Shown here piece by piece: positions 8,291-17,231 of a stretch of DNA of 64,000 nucleotides; position 1 is the first letter of the stretch; every line of letters begins with the position of its first letter. The notes under the pieces are model-generated. The model had not been told where the DNA came from and did not search any database. It saw only the letters and a program-made list of their open reading frames with translations. Source of the DNA: Desulfobacterales bacterium (GTDB lineage Bacteria; Desulfobacterota; Desulfobacteria; Desulfobacterales; UBA2245); the NCBI GenBank assembly GCA_040771865.1, contig JAXGZF010000004.1, positions 415,916 through 479,915 of the forward strand, given 5' to 3'. Position numbers and translations under genes: made by a program.

Positions 8291-8521
8291 TTATTTCTTG
8301 TTCAGCATCTCCAGTTCTTCCTTGGTAAAAACGTCGTCAAGTCCTCCTTGGAAACTCAGGGCGTCGTCAAGGGCCCGCTGGACCTTGAGATTGATGTCCA
8401 CCGTTACGTGAATGGGAGCAATTTCGACACGGTGCGTCGTGTCGGCCGTTACATGGTGCTTGGTGCAGGCAAAAGTTGCCAGGACCGTAAACACGATCAA
8501 TGTTCCGATGATTTTCTTCAT
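8291..8521 (-). CDS. ynbE: YnbE-like lipoprotein
   Basis: Lipobox FAC; PIHVTVDINLKV; RBS CAGGAG before the ATG at 8521. Confidence 0.8.
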   Translation of the reverse strand: MKKIIGTLIVFTVLATFACTKHHVTADTTHRVEIAPIHVTVDINLKVQRALDDALSFQGGLDDVFTKEELEMLNKK

Positions 8522-8588
8522 TGTCGTCTCCTGTTCGGGGGTGCCGATGGTTGAATCAAACTGGATTAACAACCATTATTTATCTCTG

Positions 8589-11447
8589 TCATTGAAAGTC
8601 AAGCAAATCCTCGAGAGCGCGGTCGATGGATTCTTCGCTGGTCATTTTGAGTCCGAGGACCCGGTTGATCAGCTCTTCCAGATCATTAATATTCAGCACC
8701 AGGCTGCCGATCTCCTGGGGCGGATCGCCCCGCACCCCCTTGCCCTGCAATTCGACTTTAGCGGCCGTTTCGCTGCCGGCTTTTTTGAGATCGATGGCAA
8801 GGTAGCTGTACTGGAAGTCCCGCAGAGCCTGCTCCATGCGTTCAGACACCAGCGAGAGATACGGATGACCGGCCATGGCCTCGTTGACATAGAACATGAG
8901 CGCATTCATCCACGCATCGTCGCGGATTCCCAAGTGTCCCGTTCCGGGCACGGCATAGACATATCCGCTGTCAAGCCGGATTTTTCCGGCCGCATAGGAT
9001 ACGGGAATCCTGCCATAGACCAGGCCGCTGCCGTCGATCTTTCCGTCGGTCAGGCGTGCCAGCAGCGCAACGAGATCGATGTTTTCCAAGAGCACCTCCA
9101 CGCTGCCCCCCTGTTTTTCGAGATCGAACCGCGCCGACTGCAGGGCGATGGTTCCGCCTTGGGGAAGACGCAATCGCATCTTTTCCAGGAAGAGGTGATC
9201 AGGGTCTTCCAGGTGGAAGGCCAGAAGGCCCTCCCCGCCTTCGAAAGCGCCGAGGCGAATCCTGTCGATAGTCAGCATCTGGTTTCCCGGCGTGCTTACA
9301 GGCGAAAGGCTATTCACCCGAACGGAACCTGAAATGCCGCTTGCTTCCATATCCTTCTGGCGGCTTGTGATCGCCATATCGCGGAGGGATGCTTCCAGGT
9401 CCGGCATCAGCCGGGAACCGTCCATGCCGATGCGCGCCCTTATCTTGGCCTGTCCTGTTATGTCCAGATCGCTCAGACCCGGAACGAGCCGGTTCAGCAC
9501 TTCTCTTCCGGGCATGTCGAACCAGTCGGCATCGGCATCAAGTGTTCCCGTCATAGCCGGACCGTTCATGTCCAGATCCGCCTTGAAACTTAAGGGGGTA
9601 TGCGACAACGGATTCCAGGCCCCTTCAATCAGAAGGCGATTGTCGTGAATGCCGATTTGCCCTGACGGTCCCGGCAGATCAATCCGGTCATAGCCGACCT
9701 GCCCTATGGAAAAGCGGCCCTTATTCGAAAGCACCATTCCGCCGGAAATCGGAAGAGTGAGGGATATCTGCCTGGCTCTGGCCGCAAGTTCGGGTGCATC
9801 CAGAGCGCCATTGCCCAGATCGAGACGGGCCTGCCAGCGGAGCTGTCCTTTCCCGTCCAGAAAAACCCGACCCTCCAGACCAAGGGAACCTGCGCGGAAT
9901 TTCATGCTTTGCACCCGGGCCGTGACGGACTTTCGGAATGCTGCGGCGGCATGAATCTCAATTGAACCGTTCGGGTTGACTGCAATGGATGCCATGGGCC
10001 GATTTTTCCGGGATACGAGTTCTACGCCCTCGATGACCACCGGAGTCCTATCGTCATGGCGGGTGATCTTTTTGACACTGAGAATGGTTCCCTCGTCCAG
10101 ACTGCCCGTCATGCCCCGGTTGTCGGCTTGGAACCTTCCCTGAGCCCGCGCGAGGGCATCCTCCAGGCGAAGGTTCTGTTCTGCCAGCAAAACCGTCACG
10201 GGGCCCATAAAGCTTTTTTCAACCTGTGCCTCGACGCTCCACTCCGGCCATTCGGGTACGTTGAGAGCAAGGGAGCCCGAGGCATGGAAAGGGAGGCTGC
10301 TCCCGACGAGGGTTTCGCCGTAATAGTGGGAAATCAGTGCTTCCGGCATCGAGCCTTCAATGGTCCAGTCAAAGCGTCCGTCGATGGAACCGCTGTGCAT
10401 CAGGAGCTCGGGTATGGAAGGATGGTTTCCCGTAACGGTGATCTTTGCCTGAAAGGGTCGGGCAAGGTGTGCCGACAGCATCGAGACGGCGCCCTGCTCA
10501 CCCAGTTTGAGGTCGAGGTTTTCCAGTTCGTATTCCTGAAATCCCAGCCCTTTCAGCCGAAGATTGCCGTTCAGTGTTTCAAAGACCAGACCCTGATCCA
10601 GAATTCCCCGCACGGCCAGCGACCCTTCCTTCAGGCGTGCCAGCAGCCCAAACGCGTCCAGCAACATATCCCTGGCTTCGGCGGTCAACTCTAGGCTTCC
10701 CCATGGCGTACGGTTCGGCTCGCGATGCCATCGGGCATTCAGGTCGACGGCGCCGGCAAGGCATGCATTTTCAACGCCGCCTTCCGGCATGCTTCTCTTT
10801 TCGCCCGCTCGGCCTGAGACGCGGCCGTGAAGCATCGCCTCGCCCGAAGCGAGATCGCCCTGTCCGTTGACGATCACGGGGATGCCCATGGGTTCACAGC
10901 GGGCCTCCAGTTTTAGAACGTTTCCTCCGGCAGCTTCAAGGAGAAGGGAGAAAGGCACGCTCAGGGACATTCCATCGAAGTTGATCATGATGAAAGAAGA
11001 ATCGAGCGCCAGCGAATCGAACGGCAGGCTCGGCGGGCCTGACGACGGCCCTCCGGCGTTGAGCTCGGGAAGCCCCAGGTCCATCGCTCCGTCCCGAAAG
11101 GCAATATGCCAGGTGAGACCGCTGATCACAATCCGGTCGACTTTGCCCTGCACGAGACCGGCCGGTGAAAAATGGACGGAGAGAAAATCTAGGTTCAGGC
11201 GGCCCTGCTGAGCCCGAATACCGCTCAGGTGCAGCCCCCAGGGCGTTATGGACTCCACCTTAACCTCGGGGCTTTCAATACCGGCCTGCTCCAGGTATTT
11301 CGTCAGTATCCGTTCGAACAGGACAGGACCGAACCAGGAAACGGCAAGGAGGATCACCGACAGAAGGGCAATCGCGTAACATACGATTTTGCCCGGCCTT
11401 TTAAGGAAAAACAAAGCCGAAACGCGGGTTGGTTTTTTCTCCGTCAC
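8589..11447 (-). CDS. ydbH: YdbH (AsmA-like) intermembrane lipid-transport protein
   Basis: N-terminal TM anchor, long beta-rich body, C-terminal G-x-G-x-x-x-G-x-IP and ALRDFQY...L-x-G-x-G...LNI; operon context. Confidence 0.8.
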   Translation of the reverse strand: MTEKKPTRVSALFFLKRPGKIVCYAIALLSVILLAVSWFGPVLFERILTKYLEQAGIESPEVKVESITPWGLHLSGIRAQQGRLNLDFLSVHFSPAGLVQGKVDRIVISGLTWHIAFRDGAMDLGLPELNAGGPSSGPPSLPFDSLALDSSFIMINFDGMSLSVPFSLLLEAAGGNVLKLEARCEPMGIPVIVNGQGDLASGEAMLHGRVSGRAGEKRSMPEGGVENACLAGAVDLNARWHREPNRTPWGSLELTAEARDMLLDAFGLLARLKEGSLAVRGILDQGLVFETLNGNLRLKGLGFQEYELENLDLKLGEQGAVSMLSAHLARPFQAKITVTGNHPSIPELLMHSGSIDGRFDWTIEGSMPEALISHYYGETLVGSSLPFHASGSLALNVPEWPEWSVEAQVEKSFMGPVTVLLAEQNLRLEDALARAQGRFQADNRGMTGSLDEGTILSVKKITRHDDRTPVVIEGVELVSRKNRPMASIAVNPNGSIEIHAAAAFRKSVTARVQSMKFRAGSLGLEGRVFLDGKGQLRWQARLDLGNGALDAPELAARARQISLTLPISGGMVLSNKGRFSIGQVGYDRIDLPGPSGQIGIHDNRLLIEGAWNPLSHTPLSFKADLDMNGPAMTGTLDADADWFDMPGREVLNRLVPGLSDLDITGQAKIRARIGMDGSRLMPDLEASLRDMAITSRQKDMEASGISGSVRVNSLSPVSTPGNQMLTIDRIRLGAFEGGEGLLAFHLEDPDHLFLEKMRLRLPQGGTIALQSARFDLEKQGGSVEVLLENIDLVALLARLTDGKIDGSGLVYGRIPVSYAAGKIRLDSGYVYAVPGTGHLGIRDDAWMNALMFYVNEAMAGHPYLSLVSERMEQALRDFQYSYLAIDLKKAGSETAAKVELQGKGVRGDPPQEIGSLVLNINDLEELINRVLGLKMTSEESIDRALEDLLDFQ

Positions 11448-11690
11448 GGGTTGCTCCGCGCCGCTTCAGGGTAATATTGAATCATTCAAATTCTCAAGGC
11501 ATCAAACATGAGTATGCGATAATCGTCAAGGTCGAATTATTCTGACGAACCGAAAAACCCGTCCCTTACCGGTCCCTTCAGGGTGCGGATCTATTCCACC
11601 ATGTTTTCGTCATGGCGTTCGTGGACATGCTTGATCCGGCCGGGCGAGAGGACAGCCCGAATATTTTACGAAGCGATCATCCGGTCCGGA

Positions 11691-12239
11691 TTAGAATTTG
11701 TATCGCAGAAGACCGGCCAGGGAAAGGAACCGGTCAACAAAATCGTCGCCCAGGAGCCGCAGGCTTTCCAGAACCGCTTCAATGGGTTTTTCCGCCGGGT
11801 TATCCTTGGTTTTGGAAAAGAATTTATCGGCAAAGCAGACGATCTTTTCCTCCAGGGTCCTGGGCCGCATGTCCCGGCGGGGCAGGGGTAGCTTCTGGCG
11901 GTCGATGTCCGCAACGCTCAGCCCCAGGCCCACGTGGCGTTCGCAAACCCGGCCGTGGCGTTCAAGGCCGATGCTTTCGAGAAGATTCCGGCCCAGATAG
12001 CCGTGGCAGATATAGGGGTGAATTCCGGTGCATCCCAGCGAGGGGGCGCGCGTCAGCCCCATGCCGATGTCGTGCAGCAGGGCCGCCTCCTCAATAAAGG
12101 CCGTATCCGGATGCCTGTCTGCAAGATTGCCGGCAACGGCCATCGCCTTTCCGGCCACCTGACGGCCGTGATGAATCAGAATTTCGGCCGCCCGGCAGCC
12201 GGGCGGATAAAAACGGTAAATGACGTCGATCGGATCCAT
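11691..12239 (-). CDS. HDIG-domain phosphohydrolase
   Basis: ALLHDIG, HGYLG, ERHVG, CFADKFFSK. Confidence 0.9.
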   Translation of the reverse strand: MDPIDVIYRFYPPGCRAAEILIHHGRQVAGKAMAVAGNLADRHPDTAFIEEAALLHDIGMGLTRAPSLGCTGIHPYICHGYLGRNLLESIGLERHGRVCERHVGLGLSVADIDRQKLPLPRRDMRPRTLEEKIVCFADKFFSKTKDNPAEKPIEAVLESLRLLGDDFVDRFLSLAGLLRYKF

Positions 12240-12241
12240 GA

Positions 12242-13340
12242 TCAGGACTGTCGGGAAAGCAGCACGCCTTCGATAAAGGGGTCCAGGGCGCCGTCCAGAA
12301 CTCCCTGGGCGTTTCCGACATCCAGGTTGATTCGATGGTCCTTGACCATCTGATACGGGTGAAGGACATAGGAACGGATCTGGCTGCCCCAGGCGATATC
12401 GTCCTTTCCGTCGTTGATGGTCTGAAGCTTCTCGTCCTGTTTGCTCTTTTCAAGCTGGTGCAGCTTGGACCTGAGGACCTTCATGGCCAGATCCCGGTTC
12501 CGGTGCTGGGACCTTTCCTGCTGGCACTGGACCACGATGCCGCTCGGCAGATGGGTGATACGGACCGCGCTGCTGGTTTTGTTCACGTGCTGCCCGCCGG
12601 CGCCGCTGGCCCTGAACACATCGATGCGCAGGTCTTTTTCGTCGATGTCGACAACAATCTCGTTGTCCAGCTCCGGATAGACAAACACGGATGCAAAAGA
12701 GGTCTGGCGCTTTCCATTGGCGTTGAAGGGCGAGATTCGGACCAGCCGGTGCACGCCGATCTCGGATTTCAGAAATCCGTATGCCCATTCGCCGGATGCG
12801 GTGAAGGTCACGCTCTTGATGCCCGCCTCATCGCCGGGCTGCAGATCAATCAGCTCCAGCTTGAAGCCCTTGCGCTCGCACCATCTCGTATACATGCGAA
12901 AGAGCATTTCAGACCAGTCCTGGGCCTCGGTTCCGCCGGCGCCTGCGTTGATCGACACGATGGCATTGTTGCGGTCGTCTTCCCCGCTGAGCATCATATG
13001 TAGAGAAAGTGTACGGAGGGTGTTCCCGATGCGCGCTGATTGCCGTGCAGCCTCCTGCATCGCATCGGCATCGGATTCTTCAAGGGCTAGGTCGTAAAGA
13101 ATGCAGGCATCCTCGAGATCCTGTTCCAGTCGTCTGAATTCGGCAATCTTATTGGAAAGGTGGGTGCGTTCCTTCAGGATGGTTCGACTCTGTTCAGGGT
13201 CGTCCCAGAATTTTTTCTGGGAGATCAGGCTTTCGATTTCCTTGAGCCGTTCTTCCTTGCCGGCGAGGTCAAAGATACCTCTTGAGCTGTTGTAGCCTGG
13301 CGGTCAAATCTTTTAGGGTTTGTTTGAGTTCTGCGGACAT
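12242..13340 (-). CDS. prfB: Peptide chain release factor 2, with programmed +1 frameshift
   Basis: GGQ and SPF motifs; ATG at 13340 (MSAELKQTL...); AGAGGT-AT-CTT-TGA-C; the +1 frame (DLAGKEERLKEIE...FWDDPE) joins the 12242..13060 ORF. Confidence 0.97.
13268..13282 (-). promoter_or_regulatory. RF2 frameshift signal (internal SD plus CTTTGAC)
   Basis: Minus strand reads AGAGGTATCTTTGAC. Confidence 0.95.
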
Positions 13341-13375
13341 TATTGTCTCCTTTTTCGGCATTAAGCCGTTTTAAT

Positions 13376-14944
13376 TTATTTATTATAATACCTTTTTCTG
13401 TAAATTCCAAGGGCGCAGAATGCCGCCGTCGCCAGCCAGCAACCCAGCGGCAGGACATCGCCTGCCGCCGTATAAACACTTTGCATTTTCAGCCGGGGGA
13501 TGCTTTGAGTCAGTACGGCCTCTTCAAACAGATCGCTTTGTATCATTACCCGGCCTGACGGATCGATAAAGCCGCTGATGCCGGTGTTGGCCGCGCGCAC
13601 CAGGGCTCTGCGGTTTTCAACGGCCCGGAAAACCGCCATGGAAAAATGCTGATATGGGGCGCCGGTTTTTTCAAACCAGGCATCATTGGTCATGTTGACC
13701 AGAAATTCGGCGCCGTTTTGAACCATGGCTCGGGAAAGTCCGGGAAAGATGATTTCAAAGCAGATCTGGATTCCGATGGCCCCTTCTTTCCATCTCAGGG
13801 CGCTCCCCCTTGGGCCGGATTTAAAATCACCGACCTGTTCGACCATCTTTCCCAGAAAGGGAAGCCATCGTTTCAGGGGCACGTACTCTCCGAAAGGAAC
13901 CAGATGCGCTTTGTCGTACCGGCCCGGCGACGAGCCGTCCGGCAGAACCAGATAGGCGCTGTTAAAATAGTCCGTTTTGTTTTTCACCGAAGGGCTGCCG
14001 ATCAGCAGATCGGTCTGCATTTCGGCAGCGGCCTGTTTGACCATTTCCGTCAGCCAGCTGCCGTGCTGAAAATAAAAGGGCGTGGCGGTTTCCGGCCATA
14101 CGATCAGGTCCGGTTTTTCGGCGGCGGCCGACAAAGAGAGATCGATGTATTTCTTGGTGGTGGAGATCTGAAACGCCGGATCCCACTTGACGGCCTGATC
14201 GATATTGCCCTGAATGACGCTTATCCGGCTGAAAGGTGCCGTGGATGTCGCATGCTCCAGTGTTTTGACGCGCCATTGGCCGTAACCAACAGTAACTACG
14301 GCAGCGAGCATCAGAATCGTCACCGCAAAACGGGCCGCCTGTCTGGAGACATTCAAACCATGCCAGGTTTTTTCACTTTTACAAAGCAGATATATAAACA
14401 GGACGCTGTTTGAAAAAACAACCAGAAAAGACACCCCCCAGACGCCGAACACATCGGCGATCTGAATCAGATAAAGCGCCTTGTGCTGACTGTATCCCAG
14501 AAGCCCCCAGGGAAAGCCCGAAAAAAGATGGGCCCGCAGATATTCCAAGGCGGTCCAGAAGATCGGAATCAGGTACAGAATATGAACCGGACGCGGCCGT
14601 AACGCGTTCAAAAGTGCACAGAAAGCCCCCCAGTATAGGGCGAGATAGGCGCAGAGCAGAAACAGCAGCGGCACGCACAGGTACAACGGAAGATTTCCAT
14701 AGGTTTTCATGGTGAAAACCAGCCAGTAGAGCAAGGTCAGGTAGTGACAGAGGCCGGCAAACCAGCCGATTCGAAATCCCTGACCCGCCGACGACCGGCG
14801 AATGGCAAGCAACAGGGGCGCCAGGGCGACCCAGACCAGGGGATAGAATCCCGTTCCGGGAAACCCGGCGGTCATCAGAATGCCGCTCAGCGCGGCTAAA
14901 ATGAATCTGGATGCATTCAATGGCTTATAAACAAAAACCTGCAC
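13376..14944 (-). CDS. lnt: Apolipoprotein N-acyltransferase (start uncertain, GTG 14944 or TTG 14920)
   Basis: Multiple TM segments, GFPW, QGNI, WPETA, KxHLVPFGEYVP, QICFE, NDAWF, RAANTGIS. Confidence 0.95.
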   Translation of the reverse strand: MQVFVYKPLNASRFILAALSGILMTAGFPGTGFYPLVWVALAPLLLAIRRSSAGQGFRIGWFAGLCHYLTLLYWLVFTMKTYGNLPLYLCVPLLFLLCAYLALYWGAFCALLNALRPRPVHILYLIPIFWTALEYLRAHLFSGFPWGLLGYSQHKALYLIQIADVFGVWGVSFLVVFSNSVLFIYLLCKSEKTWHGLNVSRQAARFAVTILMLAAVVTVGYGQWRVKTLEHATSTAPFSRISVIQGNIDQAVKWDPAFQISTTKKYIDLSLSAAAEKPDLIVWPETATPFYFQHGSWLTEMVKQAAAEMQTDLLIGSPSVKNKTDYFNSAYLVLPDGSSPGRYDKAHLVPFGEYVPLKRWLPFLGKMVEQVGDFKSGPRGSALRWKEGAIGIQICFEIIFPGLSRAMVQNGAEFLVNMTNDAWFEKTGAPYQHFSMAVFRAVENRRALVRAANTGISGFIDPSGRVMIQSDLFEEAVLTQSIPRLKMQSVYTAAGDVLPLGCWLATAAFCALGIYRKRYYNK

Positions 14945-15174
14945 AAAATGCGCAGGCGTGTTATGTGTCCAAAATTGCGCCGTTCTGCAGACGCTTGTGT
15001 TTGACGAATATGAATAAATGATCGATGCTTTTGTGTCAAGTATTTTCAAGGCTGAATGCAGGCGAACCGCCTTTCTGGAAACGCTTGACAGAAAAGATAT
15101 TTGGGTTATTTTTTATCTGTTTTTATGCAAACCTTTTCAACGATGACGGTCTTGCCCAAGGAGCCAAAGCGCCT

Positions 15175-15489
15175 ATGCCGGTTTACGAATACGAACACCT
15201 GCAGGACCCCTGCGTGATGGGACAAATTTTCGAGGTGCGGCACGCCCTGAATGAGCCGCCTATGATCCGGTGCCCGAAATGCGGAGGGCCGGTGAAAAAA
15301 CTGATTTCCCGAGCCAGCATCCGCTCACCCAAAACCGATTCTGAACTGCGCGACCGGGGTTTTACCAAGCTGGTCCGCCGGGACGACGGGGTCTATGAAA
15401 ACGTGACGGCCAGAGACGGTGAAAGCCGTTACGTCGTTCGAGACAGACCCGAAACCATGCCTGATTTTAAAAAAACCATTCGGGATTAG
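15175..15489 (+). CDS. FmdB-family zinc-ribbon protein
   Basis: MPVYEYE...FE...CPKCGG.VKKLIS. Confidence 0.85.
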   Translation: MPVYEYEHLQDPCVMGQIFEVRHALNEPPMIRCPKCGGPVKKLISRASIRSPKTDSELRDRGFTKLVRRDDGVYENVTARDGESRYVVRDRPETMPDFKKTIRD

Positions 15490-15585
15490 AATGCCGCGCG
15501 AATAAATGCAATTTCAAGGTAGCGGATTGCCGGGACCATTCAGCGGAAGGTTTTCAACCGGTTGGAAACATAACAGGAGAAATAC

Positions 15586-16515
15586 ATGATCCATGTCGAG
15601 GAGCTGACCAAATACTACGATAATTTTTGTGCGGTCGATCACATCAGCCTGAATATTCAAAAGGGGGAGATTCTTGGTATTCTCGGACCGAACGGCGCGG
15701 GTAAAACCACGACGCTTCGCATGCTGACCGGATATTTTCCGCCCACCTATGGAACGATTCGGGTCAAGGACTGTTCCATGGAAACCGATTCGCTGAAAAT
15801 CAAGAACATGATGGGGTATTTGCCCGAATCCGCGCCCCTATATCCCTCCATGCTGGTTTTTGATTACCTGGAATACGTGGCGGTCATTCGGAATCTTCAC
15901 GGAAATGCCCGATCCGCCCGGTTGAAGGAACTGGCCGAGCTCTGCGGCCTGGATCAGATCATGCACAGGCCCATCGGGGAGCTTTCCAAGGGTCTCAAAC
16001 AGCGCGTCGGCCTGGCGCATGCCATGATGAGCGACCCGGAAATTCTCGTGCTCGACGAACCTACCTCGGGTCTGGATCCGAATCAGATCGCGGAGATTCG
16101 GGATATCATTCGGCGCATCGGCAAGGAGAAAACCGTGATTCTGTCCACGCATATTCTCAGCGAGGCCGAAGCGACCTGCGACCGGATCATGATCCTCCAT
16201 CGGGGAAAGATCGTCGCCGACGGCGGCACGGATGCCATTCGGCAAAGCCTGGGCGGCGGGCGCCGCCTGAATCTGAAGTTGGCCGGCGCGGATGCCGGAG
16301 AAGTGGAAAAGCGCCTGGAAGCAATTGCCGGCGTTTCACGAATCCGGACGACCGGGGGCGATATGGTCGACGTTCAGGTGGACTGCGAGCCCGGCGCGGA
16401 CCCGCGTCCCGAAATTTACCGAAAAATCAAGGAGACCGACTGGATCCTGATGGAATTTGTCCTGGAAACCCAAACGCTTGAAAGCATATTCCGTGAACTG
16501 ACCAAGGAGAACTGA
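15586..16515 (+). CDS. ABC transporter ATP-binding protein (GldA-like)
   Basis: GPNGAGKTT, LSKG, LDEPTSGLDP, STH. Confidence 0.95.
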   Translation: MIHVEELTKYYDNFCAVDHISLNIQKGEILGILGPNGAGKTTTLRMLTGYFPPTYGTIRVKDCSMETDSLKIKNMMGYLPESAPLYPSMLVFDYLEYVAVIRNLHGNARSARLKELAELCGLDQIMHRPIGELSKGLKQRVGLAHAMMSDPEILVLDEPTSGLDPNQIAEIRDIIRRIGKEKTVILSTHILSEAEATCDRIMILHRGKIVADGGTDAIRQSLGGGRRLNLKLAGADAGEVEKRLEAIAGVSRIRTTGGDMVDVQVDCEPGADPRPEIYRKIKETDWILMEFVLETQTLESIFRELTKEN

Positions 16516-16516
16516 C

Positions 16517-17221
16517 ATGCGGCAGGCCTTTCACATATTTATCAAGGAATTCAAGGATTACTTCGTATCGCCGATCGCCTACATCGTGATATCGATTTTT
16601 CTGCTGGTTGTCGGGTGGTTCTTCTTCGCCACCTTTTTTCTGTATAATCAGGCGAGCCTGAGAAATTTCTTTGCGCTGCTTCCCATCGTATTTGCCTTTG
16701 TGATGCCGGCGGTTACCATGCGCCTTTTTGCCGAAGAGATTCATGCGGGTTCCTACGAGACCCTGCTCACGCTTCCGGTCAGCCTGACGGATGTGATTCT
16801 GGGAAAGTTTCTGGCCGCGAGCGCCTTTGCGGCGGCCATGCTGGTACCCACGCTGGCCTATCCGCTGACCATATCCTGGATGGGCAGGCTGGACTGGGGC
16901 CCTGCGGCCGGCGGCTATATCGGCGCCGTGCTGCTCGGCGCCGCTTTTTCCGCGATTGGACTTTTTGCCTCCTCGCTGACGCGCAATCAGATCGTCGCAT
17001 TTATTATCGGCGTTCTCATCTGCTTCGGACTGACGATGATCGACAAAATGCTTTTTTTCGTTCCCCAGTTTCTGGTCGGTCCCATCGGATATCTGGGAGC
17101 GGACTCTCATTTTCAGAACATCGCCAGGGGCATCATCGACTCCAGGGATATTCTGTATTTTTTGAGCATTATGTTTTTGAGCCTCTACGGCGCCTGGCTG
17201 ACGATGCGGGAAAAGGAATAA
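16517..17221 (+). CDS. ABC-2 permease (GldF-like)
   Basis: Six hydrophobic segments; TMRLFAEE...GSYETLLTLPV; SSLTRNQIVA. Confidence 0.9.
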   Translation: MRQAFHIFIKEFKDYFVSPIAYIVISIFLLVVGWFFFATFFLYNQASLRNFFALLPIVFAFVMPAVTMRLFAEEIHAGSYETLLTLPVSLTDVILGKFLAASAFAAAMLVPTLAYPLTISWMGRLDWGPAAGGYIGAVLLGAAFSAIGLFASSLTRNQIVAFIIGVLICFGLTMIDKMLFFVPQFLVGPIGYLGADSHFQNIARGIIDSRDILYFLSIMFLSLYGAWLTMREKE

Positions 17222-17231
17222 GGAGCTGGAA

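Noticed and set aside
11546..11680. Possible second palindromic repeat (TGACGAACCGAAAAAA...TATTTTACGAAGCGATCA) upstream of ydbH
   Set aside because: The ends pair too poorly to call without other copies.
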